DNA of 64,000 nt from an uncultured Haloferula sp. GTDB lineage: Bacteria > Verrucomicrobiota > Verrucomicrobiia > Verrucomicrobiales > Akkermansiaceae. This document shows positions 56,051 to 64,000 of the stretch, piece by piece. Where the stretch lies: contig CBFGTS010000002.1 in NCBI GenBank assembly GCA_965652295.1, forward strand, positions 96,001 to 160,000, given 5' to 3'. The notes under the pieces were generated by a model that ran no database searches, was not told the origin of the DNA, and was given only the letters and a program-made list of their open reading frames with translations. Both the position numbers and the translations under genes were made by a program. Numbering within the stretch: position 1 is the stretch's first letter; each line of letters starts with the position of its first letter.

Positions 56051-58228
56051 TCAATTCTGCTCGATCTTCCAGCGCGCGAACCTTGCATCGGGGCCAAGGG
56101 GAACTTCACCGATCAATGTTCCATCCTGCCAGGACACGCTGACTCCGGTCGTAGTCCAGTCGGTCATGTTGGAGGAGACCTCCATCTCATAGCTGACGTC
56201 AGACTTCATGTCTGGAAGTGCCAGTTCCATGCGCAGCGTGGACGCCGTGGCAGCCAGCGTTGAGGGAAGAATGCTCTTGGTTTCCGGATCGAGTCCGAGC
56301 GCGTATTCCAACCCGTCCGAAAGCCCATCGCCGTCCGAATCGGCCTCGAAATCTCCGGGCACGATGGGGAACTCCGCCTGAACCCACTCGATGAAGTTGC
56401 CGAGCGGGCTTTGGAAAGTGACTTCGCGCGGGTTCGGCGACGAGTACCGTCGCCCGCCCAGGTGCGCGCCCAGCGAAATCACGCGGCTCTCTCCAGGCAG
56501 CGGGCTTTCCGAAAGAGTCGTGGAATCCAACCTCACGAAGTTCTCCCCGGCGGCGGCCGGCACGGTGTCCTCATGCACCACCCAGTTCGAATTCACCACC
56601 GAGATGTCGTCGATGAAGCTGCCGATCCGCGGGTCGTTTCCATTAAAAACGTCCCCGCTCACATACTTCTGAACGAAGCGAACAAGCGTGGGAAGGCCCG
56701 GTTCAAGATCCACTGTCCTGAGACTGAACGACAAGTCCTCGGTGCTCTTACCGGTTACACTGTCCACGACCTCCCAGTTCGTCCCGTCGTGCGAAAACTC
56801 AACATCGATCGTCTCCCCGATCGTCATGAATCCTCTTTTGAGGTAGTAGCGGAACTGTCCGCCGGTATTCGCAACGATCTTGCGGTTCAACGTGAAGGAC
56901 TGGGAAGGAGGGAACCCGAGAGCGGGAAGCCGCAGACGCAGGCGGAACGATTTCGTGCCCGTCCGCCGGTATTGGGTCGAGGCAAGGGCGTAGGTTCCAT
57001 CCGTTCCGTCGACGATGTAGCCGGTCGTTCCGGTCTCCGCCCCTTCGGTCCAAGCCGTTGGCTCGACTTCCGCCACCGTGACATCGTGGCTTTCAGCAGC
57101 GTTCACCGGCTCAAAATAGTATTTTGCCCCGCTCACCGGAGGAGAGGAAGTTCCGGTGAGAGTCAACGGCTCTTGAAGGTCATCGGGATCCATCACCGTG
57201 ACCTGATAGCTGTGATTCTGGCTCTGGCCGTCGATCAGCACTCCCTGAACGGTGACGGAGTAGGTCTGGTCGGATGAGACCGAGGTCGCGGCCACTCCCG
57301 ACGGGACTTCCCAGACAATCGTGGGCTCCCCTTGATCCCCCGGTGCGCGGGCGACCACCGTCACCGGAACCGCACCCGCCGGACCTGACATGGTCACGGT
57401 CGCACTGGAAAAATCGGCATTGGGGTGGCTCAGCGACCACAAGCTCGTCATCAGCTCGGCAGGAAAGTAACCCGCAGAAGGCCATGGCACAAACCTCGGT
57501 GTGATGGGCGTCTCGTGCTCCGCGGCTGGGAACACGTAAAGGACGTTCGTAGGGCGAAGCGTCGCAGTGCCGTTTCCCGGCGTGTTACCGGTCGCAAAGT
57601 CCGTGCTTCCTTGTCTCAACAGCCACCGCCGGTGACCGACGTTTCCATTCCAGACCGAGAGCGTGGTGGGATCGTTTTCCCGCATGTAGGCATCCACAGC
57701 GTCCGGGCCGTGAAATCCGATGGCAAGGTTGCCGTAGTTGGCAGCGTTCCAAGCCGCTGGCGACCAGCAGTGGTAGGGTGGCTGAATATTGGGCGGATTG
57801 TGGGTGAGTATTTTCGCCCAAGAGAACATCACCGCCGCGGTTTCGGCCGCCGCTTGCTTTGTCGTCGAGGCCGGCGGTTTGTACGTGTCCGACGTCCGGA
57901 TCACCACCTTGGACCCGGTGTTCGTCAGGGTATCGGCATTCACCCCGGCCATCGCCCGGTAGAAATTGATCCGCCGCTCGAACTTCTCAATGTACTCCAG
58001 CGAAACAGAGCCCGGATTGCAGCTCGAATAGTCGCCTGTCCAGTCCATGACCTCGTCGGCGTCGCTCGAACTTTCGTAGTACCGATTCCAGAATGCGACC
58101 ACGGCATTCCGATCGCTCGTATCGACCGAAAGTGAAGTCGTGGGAATCTCCGACGCGACCGAAGCCGTGTGAAGAAGGCACAGGATGAGAGGGACGATTC
58201 CGCGTCCAGGCGGGATTGGGTGAGGCAC
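56051..58228 (-). CDS. Secreted CAP/SCP-domain protein with conserved C-terminal domain
   Basis: Signal peptide; RINFYRAMAG, L.H.PP, NLA.G, AVD.YM and VGHRRW.L CAP motifs; C-terminal DSDGDGL.D..EYALG.DP...SSNM..W...RFAR. Confidence 0.8.
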   Translation of the reverse strand: MPHPIPPGRGIVPLILCLLHTASVASEIPTTSLSVDTSDRNAVVAFWNRYYESSSDADEVMDWTGDYSSCNPGSVSLEYIEKFERRINFYRAMAGVNADTLTNTGSKVVIRTSDTYKPPASTTKQAAAETAAVMFSWAKILTHNPPNIQPPYHCWSPAAWNAANYGNLAIGFHGPDAVDAYMRENDPTTLSVWNGNVGHRRWLLRQGSTDFATGNTPGNGTATLRPTNVLYVFPAAEHETPITPRFVPWPSAGYFPAELMTSLWSLSHPNADFSSATVTMSGPAGAVPVTVVARAPGDQGEPTIVWEVPSGVAATSVSSDQTYSVTVQGVLIDGQSQNHSYQVTVMDPDDLQEPLTLTGTSSPPVSGAKYYFEPVNAAESHDVTVAEVEPTAWTEGAETGTTGYIVDGTDGTYALASTQYRRTGTKSFRLRLRLPALGFPPSQSFTLNRKIVANTGGQFRYYLKRGFMTIGETIDVEFSHDGTNWEVVDSVTGKSTEDLSFSLRTVDLEPGLPTLVRFVQKYVSGDVFNGNDPRIGSFIDDISVVNSNWVVHEDTVPAAAGENFVRLDSTTLSESPLPGESRVISLGAHLGGRRYSSPNPREVTFQSPLGNFIEWVQAEFPIVPGDFEADSDGDGLSDGLEYALGLDPETKSILPSTLAATASTLRMELALPDMKSDVSYEMEVSSNMTDWTTTGVSVSWQDGTLIGEVPLGPDARFARWKIEQN

Positions 58229-58276
58229 AGCAAGATGTTTTTACCGAAAAACGAACATTTCCTCAAGAAAAGTTAG

Positions 58277-58993
58277 CTAGCCGGAATTCCTGACAAACCT
58301 CAAAGCGGAAAGACCGTAGATGGCGGCCGTTTCGCTGCGGAGCACGGCACTTCCAAGGGAAACGGGCACCCAACCCGTCCTCACGCCCAACTGAATCTCC
58401 TCCACCGAGAAGTCCCCCTCGGGTCCGATAAGTAACTTCACTAGCGTCGAATCAACAGCATCCGCCGCCATTTCAGCCAGTGGCCGCGCCTCACCCATCA
58501 GAGCCGCCATCAGCTTCAGTCCTTCCTCCTGGACGGGAACCCACCCGTCGAACGCCGCCACTTCATGAATGACCGGTAGCCGGCTGCGTCCGCACTGTTT
58601 GCAGGCTTCCAGGGCGATTCGACGCCACTTGTCCGCCTTGGCCTCGGCGGGCTTCACCACCGCCCGTCGGGTGGACAGGGGCTGGATTTCGGTGACACCG
58701 AGTTCGACCGCTTTTTGAATCAGCCACTCCATCCCTTTGGCTTTGATGACCGCCTGCGCCAGCACTGTTCGCATCCGAGGTGCCTCCTCATGCTTCACCG
58801 GGCCCAGACGTAGTCGCACGTCATGACGGGAAACCGCCTCGATCACTGCTTCCGCTGATCTTCCGTCGCCATCGAATACGTCGAGCCGATCGCCCGGCCG
58901 CATCCTCATGACCCGTGAACAATGCACCGCCTCCTCGCCGGTCAGCGCGGGCGAATCGCTCCAAGCCACGGGATCGAGGAAGAAGCGGGCCAT
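58277..58993 (-). CDS. rsmE: 16S rRNA m3U1498 methyltransferase RsmE
   Basis: H..RV.R...GD, K..ME..IQKA.ELG, EA..QC.R, IGPEG.F and SLG..VLR.ETA; start MARFFL at 58993. Confidence 0.93.
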   Translation of the reverse strand: MARFFLDPVAWSDSPALTGEEAVHCSRVMRMRPGDRLDVFDGDGRSAEAVIEAVSRHDVRLRLGPVKHEEAPRMRTVLAQAVIKAKGMEWLIQKAVELGVTEIQPLSTRRAVVKPAEAKADKWRRIALEACKQCGRSRLPVIHEVAAFDGWVPVQEEGLKLMAALMGEARPLAEMAADAVDSTLVKLLIGPEGDFSVEEIQLGVRTGWVPVSLGSAVLRSETAAIYGLSALRFVRNSG

Positions 58994-59000
58994 GGGCGGA

Positions 59001-60146
59001 TCAGCTGCCGAAGAATTTCTTCGCCTTCTCGAAAAACGATTCCTGCATCGGCGAATTATGATCCCCGATCGATTCAGCGAACTCAAGTAGCTTGGCCTGC
59101 TGCTCCGAGTTGAGACGCGTGGGCACCTCGACCTGGACCTCGACGTGCAGGTCACCCTTGCGTCCTCCGGAAAGCACCGGCATGCCCCGTTCACGGAGCC
59201 GGAAGAGAGTTCCGCCCTGGGTGCCGGCGGGGATCTTGATCGATGCCTTGCCGTTGAGCGTCGGCACCTCCAGTTCACCCCCGAGCGCGGCGGTGCTGAA
59301 GGGCAACGGCATGCGGCAGAAAAGGTCGTTGCCATCCCGCTCGAACACCTCGTGCTCCCTGACGTGAAGGAAGACGTAGAGATCGCCAGGCGTCCCGCCC
59401 CTCACTCCGGCGTCGCCATTTCCTGAGGAACGCAGGCGGGTGCCGTCGTCGACACCGGCCGGAATGCGGATCTTGATCCGGCTCGGCTTCTGCACCCGGC
59501 CTTCGCCGCCGCAATCCGTGCAGGGATCGGAAATGGTCTCTCCCGTGCCCCGACACTCCGGACAGGTCGTCTGCTGGATGAAAATCCCGGCTTGGCGGGC
59601 GACCACGCCCCGTCCTCCGCAAGTCGTGCACGGGCGGGAGCCGCCTCCGCTGCGGGAACCGGTGGCGTTGCAGGTGGAACACGCCAGATGGTGCTCGATT
59701 TCCAGCTCCTTCTCCGAGCCGCGAGCGGCTTCCTCCAAAGAAATCTCAAGATCGTAGCGCAGGTCGCTGCCCCGCTGTTTCCCGGTCCGCTGGCGACGTC
59801 CGCCGCCGAAAAACTCTTCGAATCCGCCGCCGAACGCGCCGCCGAAGACTTGCGAGAACAAGTCCATCGGATCGTGAAAGCCGCCAAAGCCTCCTCCTCC
59901 GAAACCACCGCCTCCGGCACCGGCGAATGCCGCATGCCCGTACCGGTCGTAGGCGGCGCGCTTATCCGGATCGCTCAGCACCTCATAGGCCTGGCCGAGT
60001 TCCTTGAACTTGTCCTCCGCCGCAGCATCCCCGGGATTCTTGTCCGGGTGGAACTTCACCGCCAGCTTGCGGTAGGCCTTCTTGATCTCCTCCGGACTGG
60101 CTCCTTTCGAAACCCCGAGAACCTCGTAAAAATCGCGGTCTGCCAT
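59001..60146 (-). CDS. dnaJ: Chaperone DnaJ
   Basis: J domain with HPD, G/F-rich region, four CxxCxxxG zinc-finger repeats, C-terminal domain. Confidence 0.97.
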   Translation of the reverse strand: MADRDFYEVLGVSKGASPEEIKKAYRKLAVKFHPDKNPGDAAAEDKFKELGQAYEVLSDPDKRAAYDRYGHAAFAGAGGGGFGGGGFGGFHDPMDLFSQVFGGAFGGGFEEFFGGGRRQRTGKQRGSDLRYDLEISLEEAARGSEKELEIEHHLACSTCNATGSRSGGGSRPCTTCGGRGVVARQAGIFIQQTTCPECRGTGETISDPCTDCGGEGRVQKPSRIKIRIPAGVDDGTRLRSSGNGDAGVRGGTPGDLYVFLHVREHEVFERDGNDLFCRMPLPFSTAALGGELEVPTLNGKASIKIPAGTQGGTLFRLRERGMPVLSGGRKGDLHVEVQVEVPTRLNSEQQAKLLEFAESIGDHNSPMQESFFEKAKKFFGS

Positions 60147-60151
60147 GATCT

Positions 60152-60727
60152 TCAGCTCTCGGAGGATTCGGGTGCCTTGGCCACGATCACCGAAGCGGGC
60201 CGCAACAGGCGATCGCGCAGCAGATAACCGCGGCGCGTCACCCGCAGCACGGTGCCCTCTTCGGCCTCGGCAGTCGCCTCCTGGGAGACGGCATCGTGCA
60301 GGTTCGGATCGAAGGGCTTCCCTTCCGCCTCCACCAGGGAAACGCCGCAATTCGTCAGGAAATCGTCGAGCTGCTTGCGGACCATCGACATGCCGACGTA
60401 GACCATCGAATCCTTCTCCTGACCGGCCGCCTGCATGCCCATCTCGAAGTTGTCGAGGATCGGCAGCAACTCTTCCAGCAGCGATTGGTTGGCATAGCGG
60501 ACGGATTCCTCCCGTTCGCGCGCCGCCCGCTTACGGTAGTTTTCAAGGTCCGCCGCGCCACGCATGGCGAGTTCCTTCCATTTCAAAACGTCCTGCTCCA
60601 GAGCCGCAACCGTGTCGAGTTCGTCATTGCCGTTCTCAAAGGGCGCGTCCGCCGCCTCCGGTCGATCACCTTCCACCGCGGCATCCCGGATGTCCTCGGC
60701 GGCTTCCTTGGGTTCGTCAGCTTGCAT
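60152..60727 (-). CDS. grpE: Nucleotide exchange factor GrpE
   Basis: R..AD.ENY.KR..RE, LLP.LDNFE, FDP.LH.A and GY...DR.LRPA.V.V. Confidence 0.96.
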   Translation of the reverse strand: MQADEPKEAAEDIRDAAVEGDRPEAADAPFENGNDELDTVAALEQDVLKWKELAMRGAADLENYRKRAAREREESVRYANQSLLEELLPILDNFEMGMQAAGQEKDSMVYVGMSMVRKQLDDFLTNCGVSLVEAEGKPFDPNLHDAVSQEATAEAEEGTVLRVTRRGYLLRDRLLRPASVIVAKAPESSES

Positions 60728-60781
60728 GGCCGCTACCTGTCACGCTCCGCCGATCCCGTCAACCCCCTCGCTCCTTTCCGC

Positions 60782-62224
60782 TCACCGCCGCTCCAGCACC
60801 AACAGGGTGATGTCGTCCATCTGCGGTCCGCCGCCGGCGAAGGATTCCACCTCACGCTGGATCGCCGCCAGGACCGCTTCGGCCCCGAGAGGCGCGGATT
60901 CCAGGAAGGTGGCTTCAAGGCGCTTCATCCCGAATTCCTCCTCATCGTCACCCACCGCCTCTTTCACCCCATCGGTGTAGAAAAGCAGGCAGTCGCCTGA
61001 GGCCATCTCGAAATCCATCGGCCGCGTCACCCGCTCGAAGGCCGGTCCGTCGTCCACTCCGATCGCCAGACCGGGCGGGCGCACCCGCTCGACCGCCCGC
61101 TCGGAGCTGCGGTACCAGAGGGCTGGTTCGTGCCCGGCGCGGACCAGCCGCATCGTCGCGCCATCCGGGGCGATCACTCCGTAAAACAGGCTGATGAACA
61201 TGTCCTCCCGCATGTCCGGGAAAAGCTGGCGGTTGACGATGCCGAGGACCTCGCCGGGATCGCTGCTGCTGTCCGCTTCGGCGCGCAGCACACTGCGGCA
61301 CATCGCCATCATGATGCCGGCCGCCACGCCTTTGCCGGAAACATCGGCGATCACCACGCCGTGGCTCCCATCGCTCAATTTCAAGTAGTCGTAGTAGTCT
61401 CCGCTGATCAGCCGAGCCGGGAGGTTCGTCCCTGCCACCCGGTAGCCCGGGATCACCGGATCGCCCTGCGGCAACAGAATGCGCTGCACCTCGCTGGCGC
61501 TCCGGAGGTCAGTCTCGAACTGTCTTTTCTCCGCCGCTTCGCGATACAGAAGGGCGTTTCCCAACGCAAAGGCCGACTGCTCCGCCGCGGAGCGGAACAC
61601 GGTGAAGTCATTCGGGCTGAACGCGGGCTCGTCGGAATTGCGCGCCACCGCCAAAACGCCGAGGTCCTTGCCGTTGTGACGCAGCGGTGCGATCAGCGCG
61701 GAAACCTCGCCGCCACCGAAGCCAAGGAAGGCATCGCGGAACGCCTCGTGGCTCTTCAAGTCCCGGATGAAGGTCGCTTGCCCGGACTGAAGCACGCCAC
61801 CCAGAATGCCTTGGTCTGAAGGCTGCTGAGCAAGCCGCAGGTGGCTTTCCATCGCCCTCGGATCTTTCTTCGCCCGGCGGATCACCTCCAGAGGCACGCC
61901 GACGAGCGGCGGGCAGTTGTCGGAAATGTGCTTCGGCTGGAGGAACTCGCCGCTGTCGTCCAAAAGATAGACGGCCCCGCCACGGGAGCCGACCACGCCT
62001 GTCACGCCCTCGACGATCACCCGGTAGAGACCGATCTGGCCGGATTCCCTGCTGATCGCCTCGCCGAGGTCGTGCAGGAAATCGAACATGCGGGCTTCCT
62101 CGTCCTCGAACGCCTTCAGCTGGCGGCGCTTGCGCAACAACCGACGGCGCAGCCGCCCGATCAGCAGCAGGCAGATGACCAGTGCGATGGCTTGAGCGAG
62201 ATGCCCGTGGAGCGCTTCCATCAC
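60782..62224 (-). CDS. GAF-domain PP2C/SpoIIE (RsbU-like) phosphatase
   Basis: N-terminal TM, GAF; A..VQ..LLP, SGDYYD, IADVSGKG, RAGH, FYTDGV.EA and DDIT. Confidence 0.92.
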   Translation of the reverse strand: MMEALHGHLAQAIALVICLLLIGRLRRRLLRKRRQLKAFEDEEARMFDFLHDLGEAISRESGQIGLYRVIVEGVTGVVGSRGGAVYLLDDSGEFLQPKHISDNCPPLVGVPLEVIRRAKKDPRAMESHLRLAQQPSDQGILGGVLQSGQATFIRDLKSHEAFRDAFLGFGGGEVSALIAPLRHNGKDLGVLAVARNSDEPAFSPNDFTVFRSAAEQSAFALGNALLYREAAEKRQFETDLRSASEVQRILLPQGDPVIPGYRVAGTNLPARLISGDYYDYLKLSDGSHGVVIADVSGKGVAAGIMMAMCRSVLRAEADSSSDPGEVLGIVNRQLFPDMREDMFISLFYGVIAPDGATMRLVRAGHEPALWYRSSERAVERVRPPGLAIGVDDGPAFERVTRPMDFEMASGDCLLFYTDGVKEAVGDDEEEFGMKRLEATFLESAPLGAEAVLAAIQREVESFAGGGPQMDDITLLVLERR

Positions 62225-62751
62225 TTGTCGTCCGCCTTGTCCGGAGGCACTTGCTTCTCAAGCACGTCGAGGACGTTCTTGAAACGCTGGGCGTTTTCGT
62301 CGCTGGTCGAAGCCAGGTTGCGATGGGCGTCCAGCACGTGCTTCGCCCGTTCGCCCAGACCCTGCTGGCTCTTCGGCACGTAGGGTTTCAATTCCGCCCG
62401 GATCTCATCCACTTGACCGCGCCAGCTTGCTTCCGGAGGCTCGATCTCAAGGAGATAATCGAGCCCGAGGTCCTCCAGAGACTGCCGGTTCTTCGGGCCC
62501 GGCGTGGCGATCTGGACACCTCCGCCGGAGCGGCGAAGCCGGGTCGAAAGGCCGGCCAGCGTGCCCATGAAGGTCGAGTCCATCCCGCTGCATGCCTGGA
62601 GGTCGATCACGAAACGCTTCTCTCCCCGGTTCTCTGCGTTCTGGGCGCAGTCTTTCAGCGCGGGGCTCTGGACGAACGAGCCTTTGCCCTCGCATCGGAT
62701 CCAAGTGAACCCGTCGAAGGTTCTCCAATAAATGGCGGTCTGATCGTTCAC
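62221..62751 (-). CDS. STAS-domain anti-sigma-factor antagonist
   Basis: GTG start at 62751; G.GSF..S, VIDL..C..MDSTF.G.L phospho-Ser motif; stop overlaps the phosphatase start. Confidence 0.85.
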   Translation of the reverse strand: MNDQTAIYWRTFDGFTWIRCEGKGSFVQSPALKDCAQNAENRGEKRFVIDLQACSGMDSTFMGTLAGLSTRLRRSGGGVQIATPGPKNRQSLEDLGLDYLLEIEPPEASWRGQVDEIRAELKPYVPKSQQGLGERAKHVLDAHRNLASTSDENAQRFKNVLDVLEKQVPPDKADDK

Positions 62752-62828
62752 GAAATCCTTTCCGCCGACGCGGCGAAACTTGCTGCAAGCTATGCCCGGG
62801 CGCGGCTGACGGTCAACCATCCATCCAT

Positions 62829-63602
62829 TTACCAGAGACCGGTTTTCCCCGTCGCCATCACAAACCACCCCATCAGCCCGTTCGCCACCGCATGCATGAT
62901 CACGCAGGCTCCGAGATTCCGACTCCACACGGTCAGCAGGTAGGTCAGCGAGCCGTAAACCAGAGCCCCGCTGTAATCGACCGGGGCGTGGGCGATCACA
63001 AACGCCCCCGTGACCACGGCGAAGGTCGGCCATGTGTGCTTGCCGAAAGGCTGCAACCAATAGCGACCACTCCAATCCGCAACCAACCGCATCAGGAACG
63101 AGCGCCAGAAAATCTCCTCGACCAGCGCCACCACCACCGCCGCGCGGACGAAGCGCAGGATCACCGCCGCCCACCAGGCCGTCCCTCCTTCGATGAAATG
63201 CTCGCTGGGATCGAAGCCGTTTTTCCGGTCCTCCACACCCAGCCACGTCCACCAGCCCTCTCCCTCCGGCTGCCAGCGGTCCCAGATCAAAGTCGGCAGC
63301 AGCCAGAAGCCGATCCCGATTGCCCCAAATACCGCGCCGATTACGGCCCAGCGCAGGTTCCAGTGAAATTCGTAGCTCCGCCACCACCACGCCAACAGCA
63401 CGAGGCAGACCACTGTTTGAAGAGGATAGATCCAGTGCTCCGGAGCCTTGCGCCACCACGGTGCACTCGGCAGATCGGATGCGAAAAAACTGCCCGCCAC
63501 CTGGAGCAGCAGCAGAAAGCCCATGAACACGGCGAAGGGCGCCACCTGCCGCCGGATCCACGTTTCGTGGTCGTTGACCCGGATTTCGTCGGCCCGGCTC
63601 AT
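62829..63602 (-). CDS. CAAX prenyl protease-related (CPBP/Abi) intramembrane metalloprotease
   Basis: EE.FWR.FL, F...H and H...N motifs; multiple TMs. Confidence 0.9.
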   Translation of the reverse strand: MSRADEIRVNDHETWIRRQVAPFAVFMGFLLLLQVAGSFFASDLPSAPWWRKAPEHWIYPLQTVVCLVLLAWWWRSYEFHWNLRWAVIGAVFGAIGIGFWLLPTLIWDRWQPEGEGWWTWLGVEDRKNGFDPSEHFIEGGTAWWAAVILRFVRAAVVVALVEEIFWRSFLMRLVADWSGRYWLQPFGKHTWPTFAVVTGAFVIAHAPVDYSGALVYGSLTYLLTVWSRNLGACVIMHAVANGLMGWFVMATGKTGLW

Positions 63603-63605
63603 GGG

Positions 63606-64000
63606 TCAGAGACGGCCAACGAAGGCCTGCATCTTGTCCATCGCCACCTGGAGGTCCTCAAACGCCGTCGCGTAGCAGCAACGCAGGAAACCCTCGCCGC
63701 TCTCCCCGAAGGCGCTTCCCGGCACCGCCGCGACGCCCTCTTCCTCCAGCAGGCGCATGGCGAAATCCTTGCTGCCGAGGCCGGTTTCCCGGATGTCGGG
63801 AAAGACGTAGAACGCCCCGCCCGGTGAATGGCAGCTCAGGCCCATCTCGTTGAGACGTTTCACCAGGAAGTCCCGGCGCAGACGGTAGCTGTCGCGCATC
63901 TCCCCGACCGCCGGCAGCCCGTTCTCCAGCGCCTCGATCGCCGCCACCTGGCTGGTGATCGGCGCACAGAGCATCGAATACTGGTGGATCTTCATCATCG
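63606..64000 (-). CDS. Class I/II PLP aminotransferase, C-terminal part (runs off window)
   Basis: KIHQY...CAP..SQ.AA, RRD.....LN, P.GAFY.FP, VAAVPG.AFG..GEG..R..YA. Confidence 0.9.
   Translation of the reverse strand, partial: MMKIHQYSMLCAPITSQVAAIEALENGLPAVGEMRDSYRLRRDFLVKRLNEMGLSCHSPGGAFYVFPDIRETGLGSKDFAMRLLEEEGVAAVPGSAFGESGEGFLRCCYATAFEDLQVAMDKMQAFVGRL

Noticed and set aside
58277..59335. 352-aa extended RsmE and 449-aa extended DnaJ
   Set aside because: The extensions overlap upstream genes; family-consistent starts are at 58993 and 60146.
62221..63561. 446-aa ORF as one protein
   Set aside because: Only the last ~176 aa are a STAS protein; the rest overlaps the CPBP gene in another frame.

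Overview
High-GC bacterial chromosome window, most likely Verrucomicrobiota (Haloferula/Luteolibacter-like), inferred from a PEP-CTERM protein, a Verru/Chthon cassette-A-like pilin and a STAS/RsbU pair. Housekeeping content: nuoG-H-I, efp, parA, SNF2 helicase, gltB, hemW, ispE, pgeF, secA, rpsU, purB, grpE-dnaJ-rsmE, tRNA-Ile2(CAU) and tRNA-Ser(GCU). Accessory blocks: (i) a polyvalent-type kinase gene translationally coupled to a HigA-type antitoxin behind a palindrome-overlapped promoter, the best candidate for an undescribed toxin-antitoxin system; (ii) a glycan-sensing locus at 27-36.6 kb whose histidine kinase appears to carry a circularly permuted PA14 domain; (iii) an ArsR-controlled persulfide cluster containing a heme-c lipoprotein; (iv) an MBOAT/SGNH pair. 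Other notable signals are an EF-P with a non-canonical TPPRM loop, a shared C-terminal domain on three secreted-type proteins (one pseudogenised), a 274-bp structured element that duplicates the tRNA-Ser 3' end, structured leaders before a 74-aa gene and an RRM gene, and a Rex/CRP-type palindrome before nuoG. I saw no CRISPR array, rRNA, transposase or integrase. All calls come from motif recognition by eye; no searches were run.
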